Origin: Malacoraja senta
Lineage: Eukaryota
Direction of reading: 5' to 3'
DNA: 64,000 nt
Assembly (NCBI GenBank): GCA_038087875.1
Contig: JAXLNO010005561.1
Location: 124,001 to 188,000 of the forward strand
Within the stretch, counting starts at the first letter, position 1, and each line of letters opens with the position of its first letter. A model generated the notes under the pieces. The model worked only from the letters and a program-made list of their open reading frames with translations. It made no database searches and was not told the DNA's origin. This document shows positions 53,058 to 64,000 of this stretch, piece after piece. Both the position numbers and the translations under genes were made by a program.

Positions 53058-54045
53058 GCTACCAAAGTATACAGCAGGATATAAATTCTGCTGTATGAAA
53101 TGGACAGAGAAATGGCAGATGGAGTTTAATCCAAGCAGGTGTGAGGTGTTGCACTTTGAGAGGCCAAATGTAAGGGGAAAATATACAATATTTTATTTGT
53201 AATTGTCTGCTGTATATTGTGTTTTTATCCTTTTGCAAACAAAAAACCAAGGCAAATTCCTTGTATGTATACATACTTGACTAATAAAATTGTATTCAAT
53301 TCATTTTGTTCAATTCAATTAATGGCATGACCTTTAACACTATTGATGTACAGAGGTATCTTGGGATCCAATGGCATAACTGCCTGAAAGTGGCAACACA
53401 AGTAGATAGAGTAGTGAAGATGGCATATGTTATGCTTCCTTCATAGTTTGGGGCATTGAGTATGAGAGTCAGTAAGTCATGATGTAGCTTTATTGGACTT
53501 TGGTTAGGCTGCCTTTTGAGTAATGAGTGCAGTTCTGGTTGCCCCATTATAGGAAGGATGTGGAGGCTTTGGAAAGTGTGCAGAGGAGGCTTACCAGAAT
53601 GATGCCTGGATTAGTGGGTATTAGCTACAGGGAGAGGTTGAACAGACTTGGGTTGTTCTCTCTGGAACGCGGGAGGCTGCGGTGAGAAGCGATAGAAGTA
53701 TACAAAATTATGAGAAATATATATAGGATATAGTCAGAAAGTTTTTCCCCAGGATGAAAAAATCGAATACTAGAGGGCAAAGCTTCAAGGTGAGAGGGGT
53801 AAAGTTTGCAGAAGATGTATGGGACAAGTTTTGGTTATACAGATGGTGGTAAGTGCCTGGAACACACTGCCAGGGGAGGCAGATACAACAGTGGCATTCA
53901 AGAGACTTTTGGATAGGCATATGGATATCTATGGAATGGTGGGATTTGGACTATGTGCAGGGAGATAAGAGTTGGTCTTGGCATCATATTTGGCACAGAC
54001 ATTGAGGGCCGAAGGGCCTGATGCTTTTGCTGTAGTGTTCTCTGT
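53058..54045 (+). mobile_element. CR1 LINE 3' fragment with an inserted Rex1-type tail (~53189-53320)
   Basis: CR1 blocks tggcagatggagtttaat...tgtgaggtgttgcacttt, gtgcagttctggttgcccca and the tail gggccgaagggcctg are present. The insert caaggcaaattccttgtatgt...aataaa matches the tail at ~49885-49930. Confidence 0.85.
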
Positions 54046-54368
54046 TTTAAATCTTTCCCCTCTCACCTAAAGCCTATGTTCTCTGGTTCTTGATTCCCCT
54101 ACCCTGGGTAGAAGGCTCTGGGTATTTATCAATACCCACAATGATTTTCTACACCTCTTCAAAATCAACTCTTAGTCTCCTGCACTCGAAGGATTAAAGT
54201 ACTATCTTGCCCAATCTCTCCCTACAGTGCAGGCCCTCGAGTCGTGGCAACATCCTCTTAAATTTTCTCTGCACTCTTTCCAGCTCAATGACATCCTTCC
54301 TATAGCAGGGTGACCAAAGCTGAACACATCACTCCAAATGTGGCATCACCAATGTATTGTACAACTGT
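54046..54368 (-). mobile_element. CR1 fragment in opposite orientation, abutting the previous copy
   Basis: Reverse-complement similarity to ~53500-53810 (tctttcccctctcacc...gaccaaagctgaacacatcactccaaatgtggc). Confidence 0.75.
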
Positions 54369-54509
54369 GTCCTCTGTGTTCTCTAGTTCCCTCCCACATT
54401 ATGAAGATTTGCTGGTTGGTAGATGGCTGCTGTAGATTGCTCTAGTGTTCAGGTGAGTGGTAGAATCAAGGGGAAGTTGAAGGGAATGTAGAGAGAATAA
54501 AATGATGAA

Positions 54510-54700
54510 ACAAGGAACTGTAGAACTGAAAGACACAAAGTGCTGGAGTAACTCAGCAGGTCTGTCAGCATCTCTGGGAAACATGCATAGATGATGTTTC
54601 TGGTTGGGACTCTTCTTCAGACTGATTGGAGAGGGGGAGGTGGGAGGAGTTGGAAGAGAGGAGAGGCGGCTGAAGCCTGGCAGGTAATAGTTGGATACAG
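54510..54700 (-). mobile_element. PLE-derived 3' repeat with a decayed hammerhead
   Basis: The minus strand reads cagtctgaagaagagtcccaaccagaaacatc...agatgctgacagacctgctgagttactccagc. Confidence 0.8.
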
Positions 54701-54779
54701 GTTGCCATCCTCAAGGGAGATGTTGGGTATGCTTTTACAGCCCTGTTATCTGGGCACTTGTGCAATACAATCTGTAAAC

Positions 54780-55160
54780 ACATTCCATCTTGGGTCCCCG
54801 GGTGAAACGGAAAACAGCTCGGGTGACTACGTAGCAAAGGAGCAGGGAATGGGTCACACCTGCACCAAGTACAGCAATACTGATAACCAGACTCTTGCTT
54901 CATGAGAGAGCACCACCTCACAGTTCCCAGCTTTCATTTAACCCTGCCTAACTTCTTCGGTTGCTCCGAACCAGATCCTCAGCACCTTTAGGTAGTCAGA
55001 CCTGATGGTGAAGGGGACAGTGGACCAATCGGGCCGATTGCCGAAAAGCATAGCCTCATTTTCCTGAGGTTGACTCTTGCCCTTATACCAATTCAAACTG
55101 ATGAATGTACAGACTGACCTTGGATGCAGCCAGAAAACTGCGATGCCGTCTATCTACAGG
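54780..55160 (-). mobile_element. Tx1/L1-clade reverse transcriptase fragment
   Basis: The minus strand reads QFELV...NEAMLFGNRPDWSTVPFTIRSDYLKVLRIWFG, the region after the RT catalytic motif. Confidence 0.7.
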
Positions 55161-56663
55161 CAGGCTTTGATCTGAGTTTTTCCACTGCTTGTCATCCCTA
55201 TATTTCATTTTTAATAAGGAGATGCTAAACACCTACTCCTCATGGTCACGGTAGACTATTAGCAGCTTTATAATGGAAGCTTCCATTTCTTGGTCAGAAA
55301 GGAGACACTGGCACCTTGGAAAATTTGTCTTCCTTAAAATAAGCAACATGGTACAGTTCTAATGAACACCCCAACCTTGTCAAACACTAATAAATCTGTA
55401 AATAATTGAGTACTTGTTCACATCACATGTGCTGCAGGTACTTCCTGCTTTTCCCATGCACGCACTATCTTGATGGATGCGTCCGTTTTGACTGAATGGC
55501 CTGTTTCCACACTGAATCTCTAAAGTTGAAAGACAGAGCTGATGTCAAATTGACGTGCAAGAGAACTGATGTCACCAACTATCAAATGTTTATTCTTCTG
55601 TCATTCAGGCACAACACCCATGGAACCCGGCTGTTCCACCCAATTGGTATCATAAGGAATGTCTCAACGGTGCAATCTGGATTTGCAAATTAAATCACGA
55701 GGAAACCTGGCACCCTACACACTGAAAGAAACTGCGCCATGTAACCCAGTTTCCAGGCCAACATATCTTAATCCTCAGTTTAGAGATGCAATGAATGAAT
55801 GTATACACCTTGCAAAAAGCTTTGTAAGAGTATTAATTTTCCTCTTTAACCAGCAGTCTCTTTTTTTACTTTCTGACATCACACTGGAAAAACTCTTATT
55901 TTACTCCCACAGTTGAGGTGTGATGTGATAAAAGTGATATCAAGGTCACAGAACACTTTACTTTACCACCTATTCACCCACATAATTTTAAATAATAAAT
56001 CACATAAAATGTTATGAAGTATGTCAAGGAACAATGTTTGATGTCTAATTAAGAGAAACAATGGATTTAAACAGCAAGATGTATTTCCAACCCTGCCTCA
56101 GTTCATGTGCTGCTGTAACCCTTCACTCTGCCATTGTTATTTCTGTACATTACATATTCCAACGCATTCCTTACTGGCTTTTCTCATTCAACCTTCTGTA
56201 AGTATGACACCATCTAAAACTCTCTGTGTTGCATTAAATCCTGTTAACCAGGTATCCACTTGCTTGGTTATTTCAGATCAATAAATCTTTCCATTTTAAT
56301 AGTGATCAGTATTTTCAAAGTCTTCCATGCCAAATTTATCTACCTTCAAGAGTTACTAATAAGCACTTCCATAGACTTCTGTTTGGAGGTTGATTGGATT
56401 AACTGGATCAATGTTGTCCGGAAATGCAATTGCACAATGCTGTTATTTCACTCCAGAGTTCTGTAATTTAAAAAAAAAAGACATCTTCTTGAGGGAAATG
56501 TGAGTGCAACTACTTCTGGGTCATGTTGGGTCACTACAGAAATGTGATCAAATGTAGAAGTGAGTCATCATGCCTCAGCTCAACTACAAACTGATGCACA
56601 CTCCACTCCACATACAATGTTCCTTTTCTTCCAATGTGGCCATTACTGGGCATTCTCAGGGCA

Positions 56664-56883
56664 TTTTCACAAACAGCTAACCAATGGCCTGTTTCCTTTA
56701 TCATCGTTACTTTTTTGCATATCTTTCATTCATTGTTCTATATCTCTCACATCATCGTCTATATCTCTCGTTTCCCCTTTTCCGTGACTTTCAGTCTGAA
56801 GTAGGGTCTCGACCCGAAACGTCACCCATTCCTCCTTTCCAGAGATGCTGCCTGTCCCGCTGAGTTACTACAGCTTTTTGTGT
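56664..56883 (+). mobile_element. PLE-derived 3' repeat with a near-intact hammerhead (A9 changed to U); 13-bp TSD
   Basis: ctgaagtagggtctcgacccgaaacgtcacc lies at 56796-56826. It is flanked by cattctcagggca at 56651-56663 and 56884-56896. Confidence 0.85.
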
Positions 56884-58029
56884 CATTCTCAGGGCAACCT
56901 TGGTTTCCAGCTCTTTGCAAGTCTGGGACTCCCAAAAACTAAATTCCCTTCACCCTTTGGGCCTGACCCATGTTGTATGGATTTCCTCTAACTCGATGAC
57001 CATCTCCCACCTCCTCTGATATTTTCTTTCATTGTGCCTTGACCATCTATCTGACATGTTCTATTCCACCCCCCAAAAGGTACTGGGTGGAACATTTTCA
57101 GAGTTCGATGCAGAGACCGAATGGGTGATCCATCTATGAGGCTGCCCTCGAGTTTTAGGCCTATGCTTTTTGGCTACACTCTTATAAAACTGAAATGAGC
57201 AGGAACAGGAAAAGATACATGCAGGGTACAAGTTACCCATGTCTGCATAAATACTTACTTTTATAGGAATTGTATGAGGATTTTTTTATTCTATGTGATC
57301 AAATATAGAAGTGAGTCATGAAAGGTTCTGGGAAAGCTTAAAACCTCTAATTGAAGTAATAAACAACCACAAACAATCAAGTATTTATTTTAAAAAGTAA
57401 ATGATGGCTTTTAGAAAATGTCAAGGAGTATGAGAGGTCAGTAGACTCAATGTCTCAGTAATTTATTCTCATGGGAAAAAGGAAAAACCATTGGAGCTTC
57501 AAAATGTCAGTCTGAAATGATTATCTGCTTTAACTGCGCTTTGGCTGTTTGCCTACCGATAGATATTTCTTCACCTTAAAGTCAAAATGGGAAGCATGAA
57601 AGGGTAGAATAACCTGCATATCATGACGTATCTCCCTCAAACCTAGCAAAGCTTAACTATATGAAACGCTCAAGTCTAGTCAAGTCGAATTTATTGTCAC
57701 ATGAACAAGCCCAGTGAGGTACAGGTATAATGCAAATCTTGCTTGCAGCAACAACACAGGCACATACACTCAGGCAACACACAAAAACATAAATTATATA
57801 TAAATTAGACAAAAAATCTGGAAGGCAGAAAAAAGAAAAAAAGACTGCAAAAAATATTCAGTGCATAAGACAATGAGAAAAAAAATCGATGTAGTTCAAT
57901 AGGTGGTGTGTAGTGTTCAATTGCTGATGTAGAAACTGTTAGTTGTAAATTGAACTTGACATTCAATTCTCATGAATGCAAAACTCACCAGTACATGCTC
58001 CCTTACAATGGTAGGGTGATACTTTCAAA

Positions 58030-58429
58030 CCTGTCCCACTTTCACGACTTAATTCAAAACCTCTGCCGAGTTTAAAGGACCTAAAAAAAAATTAAGATCA
58101 TGGTAATCTACGAACTCCTATGACCTTCCCCGACTATGTTCACGAACTCCTACGAGTATGTCTACGAATTCCCATGACTATTTCGATGCCCTCCTTACGA
58201 GTAAAAAGTTGCAATTTCTTTCATCCCGACCATTTGTTTACTCATGGACATTTTTTAATCAGGCTGGAAAAAACGTCCCGACTTACCTGATGCCACGAGT
58301 ACCTACGGCTAGCATAACGAGTCGCTACGATATATCTACGAACTCGTTACGTTATTATTCTGCGAGTTTGAATCAAGGGGAAAACTCGGGAGAATTTGTG
58401 AATTACCTTGTGAAAGTGGGACAGGCCCT
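58030..58429. mobile_element. PIF/Harbinger-like MITE
   Basis: Inverted ends cctgtcccactttcac (58030) and gtgaaagtgggacagg-ccct (58410-58429) are followed by tta. The interior has repeated tacga motifs, and the left tip is eroded. Confidence 0.75.
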
Positions 58430-59052
58430 TTACATATCTTCACTCTTAAGGACGTAATTACAAGCGTAATCGCAAGTCAAAGTCTTGGTCAAATGACCAT
58501 TTTCACAAACTGGTTGGCGCCTTTGTCAAACTATTAATTATTCAAAATAAGAATACTGTAATCTTATCTTACTTCATGTAGAGTAACAGTTCTAAATAAT
58601 AATACTGTAATCTTTTCCAGGCATAGATATACCAACTAATTGCAATATTTTATTTTGGTCCCATTGCAGAGTTATCAATGACCTCATGAGAAAGAGACTT
58701 TTACAGGAAGGCTCATTGATTTTGGATAAAGACATCCGTTTGAGGATTAAAATTAGCGTATAAATGAGGCTAAAAACCCAATTTTCATGAATGGAAACTA
58801 TTAATTCCAGCAAGAAATGTAGTATTTTGCTATTAGGCCAATGAAGGTTTAAAACTATATTAATAGTATAAAACCACCAATTCCACACTCATACCAATGA
58901 CTCCTTTCCTCTCTCTGACCAATCACATACTATTGCCAGTTATGAGCCCTTCATATTCTCTTAAATATAATGAATCCTTACTAATTCCAGACTGCCCCCC
59001 TTCAGTGCTTTCCTAACTGCCCTCTTGTAACTTCAGCTCATCCAAAAATATA

Positions 59053-59215
59053 GAAACAAGCAACCACTGGTTTACACAAATGGACACAAAGTGTTGGAGT
59101 AACTCAGTGGGCCAAGCAGTATCTCTGGTTTGGTCCCAACGCAGAACATCACCAATTCATGTTCTCCAAAGATGCTGCCTGACCCACTGAGTTACTCCAG
59201 CACTTTGTGTCCTTT
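59053..59215. mobile_element. PLE-derived inverted pair (47-bp arms)
   Basis: 59082-59128 and 59166-59212 are near-perfect reverse complements. Confidence 0.85.
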
Positions 59216-59387
59216 CATGTAAATGTATTGTCTACTTCCTCTCTCTCACCACATTCCGCATTCTCATTAACTCCTTTCCTGCTGGCCCACACTGTACCCT
59301 GGTTCCCCTGTGGTAGAAATGTGAAATTCTTAACTGTGTTAAATTCCCCTGGTGTTCTTGTTCCTTCCAATCTCCGTAACTTTGATG

Positions 59388-59768
59388 CAGTGTTTTCACT
59401 TTGAAGGAAATTACCCAAAATTCTGGAAATTCTGGTTGTCTTCGGGTAATTTTAGGGAAATTAAATAATTTCGGGAAATTTCCGCATCCGGCCTGCGGGA
59501 TGATTTGCGGAAAAAAAGTATATTTACAACCATCTGCGCCTGCGCAGTTGGGGGAGGCCCGTCAGCCGAGTCACAATTGAAAATGGCGCTGGTGACGCGG
59601 TAGGGACACAAAATGACGCGTCTTCCCACGCCCGCGCAGTGGGCCCGGTATCCATGCTTGCGCAGTTGGGGTGGCAGTCGCACAGATGGGAAAGGCTTAA
59701 ATTTCAGGAAATACCACCAAATTCCAGGAAATTTGGGATTCTTTTTTTTTTGAGGTGTGGAAGCACTG
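59388..59768. mobile_element. hAT-like MITE with CpG-rich interior
   Basis: Ends are cagtgttttcac and gtggaagcactg. The flanking 8-mers ctttgatg and caatgatg match at 6 of 8 positions. Confidence 0.65.
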
Positions 59769-60240
59769 CAATGATGAGATCCTCCACAACCACCACCAGT
59801 CTGCCGAACCCCAAAATCATTCTTCAAATTGCCTTGGGGTCTTTATTTTCATCACATAATGTGCAAATCATTTTTTATTTTGCCTTGCTCTTGCTGGCAC
59901 TTTTTTTTTCAGGTGATTAACTGATTAACTGCACATTGCATTATTAGTGGCAGCGATAAATACTTAATTTAATTTTCCTTTTGTTTTTCATTATGAGTAT
60001 CTTTCATTTACTTCATTAAAATCTTCTCAAGGAATGTAAGGTTAGTGCCTGGAAAATAATTTTTCTATGTTACACAACATTGATCTTTTAATTTTATTAA
60101 ATAATGATTGTAATAGAACCAATAGACAAGACCACAATCAATTCTAAATGTTTCATCATATCATTTTGAGCCTCTGAATTTGATTATAACTTTAGTTATT
60201 TTTATTATGAGGGCAATTTACCTTTGCAGTCAACAATCAA

Positions 60241-60525
60241 GGTTAGCACAGTGGTGCAGCGGTAGAGTTGCTGCCTAAAAGCGCCACAAACCCGTGCTCG
60301 TTTTTGAAAATAGGTGCTGTTTGTACAGCGTTCGTACGTTCTCCCTGTGACCGCATGAGTTTTCTCCGGGTGCTTCGGTTTCCTAAAGACGTACAGTTTG
60401 TAGATTAATTGGATTCTGCAAATTGTCCCTGGTGTGTGGGATAGAACTAGTGTACGGGTGATCAATGGTCGGCGCAGACTCGGTGGGCCGAAGGGCCTGT
60501 TTTAACTCTGTATCTCTAAACTAAA
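60241..60525 (+). mobile_element. HE1-type V-SINE
   Basis: tRNA-like head (gcacagtggtgcagcggtag), V core (cgttctccctgtgaccgcatgagttttctccgggtgcttcggtttcc) and tail gggccgaagggcctg...ctaaactaaa. Confidence 0.85.
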
Positions 60526-62029
60526 TACAATACCTCAGAGCACAATTACTGTAATGGAAAAGTCATCAAATAAACTTTATAGTGTAAAACTTAAATTAAC
60601 ATACTGGCGGTCATTGTTATAGTATAACCTTAAAATGGCATATTATCAACTTTATCTGACCTGACTTAATTATAATTTTGTTGGTTTGCCGGTGTGTAAT
60701 ATAAGGAGAAGCACTGGCACTTAGATATTGAAAGGAGGACTGTATACTTTAACTAGTAGGTGTCAAAGTGACAACCCATCAGTGAAAAACAAAGTGAAAA
60801 GTCTAAGGTTGCAACAGGAAACCAAATCTGAAATCTCTTGAATGCCAGAGGTTTGATTCTATGTCAACCAAATTTAAAGGGCACTAAGGAGCTAGAGGTT
60901 GTGTAAATGTATACCCATAAGTCGTATCTATAATTATGAAGATTTATATTGGAGATGGGTGTGCATGCAGATTGATTTCATTTAACATTTTAGCTTCCCT
61001 GGAAGTTTACAAAAGTTGAAATAATGTTTGCACAGAGACCAGCATCTACATGGTAGATGCATAGGCAGTTTACAGACAGGTTTGTTGAACAATTTCTCCA
61101 TATAGTCACATACGTGATGGGACCAGTTGTTAATTATGAAGGCACCAAGGGTGTATGTGTAACATGTATATGTGGCATTCCTAGTTTTTCACATGAATAT
61201 TCTCCCATTCTCACCTGTAGGATATTGTTTTGATTTCACAGTCGACTGAAGTGATCTTTCCATTCAATACCTGATATGAATAATGGGCAGAATGATGATT
61301 TCTAATCCTTGAACACCATTTGTCTCCCGAACTGGGACTGTGTGGTTAGCAATGGATTGTCTGTTGCATTTATCCATTTTTGCCATTATGTAAGTGAAAA
61401 TATTGCACTGGAGAAATAAATATTTTTCAGTAAACCTATGCTAAGTACAGATATGGGAACAATTTCATAGATTTGCCAATAACCATGAATTAATCACCAA
61501 AGTAAATACTGTAGAGAGTTTATCAATTATATACCTGAGCCTATTCCCAGGGAATATCCTACATTTGATCTGCAATGTGTGTGTTGAGTTAACTAATCAC
61601 TGGCTGGGCTTCAGTGATGACATTGCAATTAATTACAGCATCTTTGCACTAGTGAAGGACAAATTATTCCAGATCACTGTCTCCTGATAGCTATGCACTG
61701 AATCTCATTGACAATACAGATATGTAGATGCAGGTTTTGAGAGTATGTGTTTTGTGTGAAGCTCATTGTGCGAAAATAACCAGGGAACTAAGTGACAAAC
61801 CTGAAACGTGGGCTTCCTTGCTCATTCCATGGAAAGTGCAGGATCTCTTGAATATATCCAGCATTTATCCCCTATGAAGTGGCAAGGCCATAAGTGAAGA
61901 GATGAGTTAATAATGTCCAAGAGAAATATGAGAAATATTTGTCCAAGATGTCCAAGATCTGAGAAATATTTTAAGACAAACACTATAAAAAAAAGGAATA
62001 TAATGAAAACAGTGACAAAGATAGACAGT

Positions 62030-62210
62030 GACAAGAAATTCCACTGTCCAGACACGCTTTTCCCACAAGTAACCTACCCCAATCAACTTTAGAAAGTTTC
62101 GGACTAATACCAACAAAGTTGGCCTTGCCCCAAATTAGAATTTTAACATGTGGGCCCGCCCTGTCCTGATCCATAACTATCTAAAGCTGATAGAACTGTG
62201 GGTGCTGGTC
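62030..62210 (-). mobile_element. CR1 ORF2 fragment (region after the endonuclease domain)
   Basis: MDQDRAGPHVKILIWGKANFVGI...LSKVDWGRLLVGK. Confidence 0.6.
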
Positions 62211-62489
62211 ACAAAATGGCTCGTCCATTGACATTTCAATCAATTTATTCTTTCATTTTATTCTTTTGATATTGCCTTAAGAAGAAACTAAATAACTACA
62301 AGGAAAATAGAATAAAAGAGAAAGCTATCAGTGAGATGATTGTCCATAGAAGGAGCATAAATACTTACATGGTACTTGAGGTTTGATAGCTTGTTTATGT
62401 ACTGTCATTTTTTATCTATTCAAAGATAATTGGTTCACCTAGTTATAGTTTTGAGGGTCAATGTTGCACAAATCTGAGCACCTCTAGTC

Positions 62490-62700
62490 AAATTAATCCC
62501 AGCACACTGCATTGTAATCTATTTGACATTGTGGAAAATTACTCGGGTGTGTCCTGTTCATAAAAAGCAGACCTGCAAATTATGGTTCTATTCTTCTACT
62601 TTCAATCATCAGTAAAATGATTTATATATTCCATCAACAGTCCTGTCAAATGAAAATTCTCACCAATGTCTTGTTTGGGTTTTGCCAGATCAGTGTATCT
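62490..62700 (+). mobile_element. Degraded CR1/L2-group RT N-terminal fragment
   Basis: WKITRVCPVHKKQ...LLSIISKM resembles the WK.A.V.P..KK...NYRPISLL motif. Confidence 0.55.
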
Positions 62701-62761
62701 GGGCTCTTAAAATATAGTTACGTTTGTGTGACTGTAAACGTGGATAAAATATCTCCGAGGT

Positions 62762-62795
62762 GGGGGGGGGGGGGGGGGGGGGGGGGAGGGGGGGG
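62762..62795. repeat. Poly-G tract
   Basis: A run of about 33 G with one A interruption. Confidence 0.9.
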
Positions 62796-63755
62796 ATGTC
62801 ACAGTTGTTTTTAGTCTCATTCCAAGAAAGTTACCTCTGACAATGTACAAATGAGTGGGAGAATCAGGCTGGATTATAAAACCAGGGTTGGAACATAATG
62901 CACACCCTTCTGACTCAGAGATTTGATGGTTATCAGTTGAACCAAGTTGTTATAGGAGGAGAAACTCCATCATGTCATGAATCACCCTTCTAAACCCGTG
63001 TTCCAATACTACTTGATAATGAACAATAGTGCATTTACCTGTGATAAAGTCACAAAGTATTTATTGCTTATATTTTGTGTTTTTGGCTCAGTTCTATTTC
63101 AGATTCAATTTATCAGGCAGAGTTCAAACCGAACTAAAGCTTACGATGCCAATTGGCTCAATGTCCCAATTTCTTGCTCTAGTCCTATTGTCATGCAACT
63201 ACAATCAATTATAATTGTGAAGTACATCCTCATCTTCATAGGCAATAATAAAATCTATATGATGAATTTTAGATCTATATGATGAATTTCAGGAGACTAT
63301 GATTTGACATTGTCATCCATGTTTCAGTTAGGAGCATCTCAACTGAGTAATGGTTTTCTGTCCTGTTCCAGAGAACTGAGCAGCAAAATCTAGAATGCTA
63401 TTTCAATGTAATACTGAGGGAGAGGGATGTTAAGCCAACGCCTCATGTGCTTTAACCATTGCCTCCTGTGCTTTATCAGGTAGAAGGCATTGTTTGACAA
63501 AGAATAGTGTCCTGCCAATGATAATTCCTCGCTCAGTATCTTTACCTTGACATCCTGCAATTAAAACACTTAATGTTAGGGTTTTCTTCAGCTCCAAATG
63601 TCTAAAAATAATGTTTTTTTCTGAACTGTAATGAAAATACTTCAATTTCCAAGCTGACCTGATGCCCTCAGAAACGTTTATGGCACTTAAAAGTTATGAC
63701 ACAGCCACATAAGTCAGAAAATTCCTTGAGAAATTAGTACAGGTCATTCCAAAGG

Positions 63756-64000
63756 GTGTAGGAAGGAACTGCAGATGCTGGTTTAAATCAAAGATAAACA
63801 CAAAAAGCTGGAGTAATTCAGCGGGACAGGTAACATCTCTGGAGAGAAGGAATGGGTGACGTTTTGGGTCGAGACCCTTCTTCAGACTCAAGAAGGGCCT
63901 GAAGAGACCCTCTGAAGACGGGTCTTGATCCGAAATGTCACCCATTCCTTCTCTCCAGAGATGCTGCCTGTCTTGCTGTTACTCCAGCTTTTTGTGTCTA
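63756..64000. mobile_element. PLE-derived inverted pair with two back-to-back hammerhead motifs (cut by the window edge)
   Basis: The minus copy spans 63756-63887 and its core has G12 changed to A. The plus copy starts at 63911 (ctgaagacgggtcttgatccgaaatgtc). The junction between them is scrambled. Confidence 0.9.

Noticed and set aside
60241-60320. tRNA gene
   Set aside because: It is the degenerate tRNA-derived head of a V-SINE, followed by the V core and a LINE-like tail.
61540-61720. Possible ancient LF-SINE-like relic (also ~10540-10640)
   Set aside because: The resemblance is from memory and too degraded to support without a profile search.
62762-62795. Poly-G tract as a functional G-quadruplex
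   Set aside because: It is an isolated homopolymer of unreliable length with no supporting context.

Overview
Vertebrate genomic DNA, AT-rich. The repeat complement (HE1-type V-SINEs, CR1, Rex1/Babar and Penelope-derived short repeats) points to a cartilaginous fish, probably a skate or ray. The only host protein-coding feature I can support is the first coding exon of the SKI proto-oncogene (minus strand, ATG at 37888, phase-0 GT donor after 36980). Bases 1-36979 are part of its long, LINE-poor downstream intron. Bases ~40000-64000 upstream are TE-dense and include nested CR1, Rex1, Tx1 and hAT fragments. The most interesting signal is a dispersed family of about 10 Penelope-derived short repeats carrying a minimal type I hammerhead ribozyme core (CUGAAGA-A-stem II-GAAAC-GUH). 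Several have TSDs or sit as inverted pairs, and one intact copy (33301-33338) is in the sense orientation of the SKI pre-mRNA. Also present are two related non-autonomous DNA transposons (one folds into a ~640-nt hairpin, the other carries a palindromic G-rich array), a young hAT MITE with perfect TIRs and TSD, and a possible splice acceptor plus uORFs upstream of the SKI ATG. Family assignments come from recognising motifs by eye, not from database searches, and repeat boundaries without TSDs are approximate.
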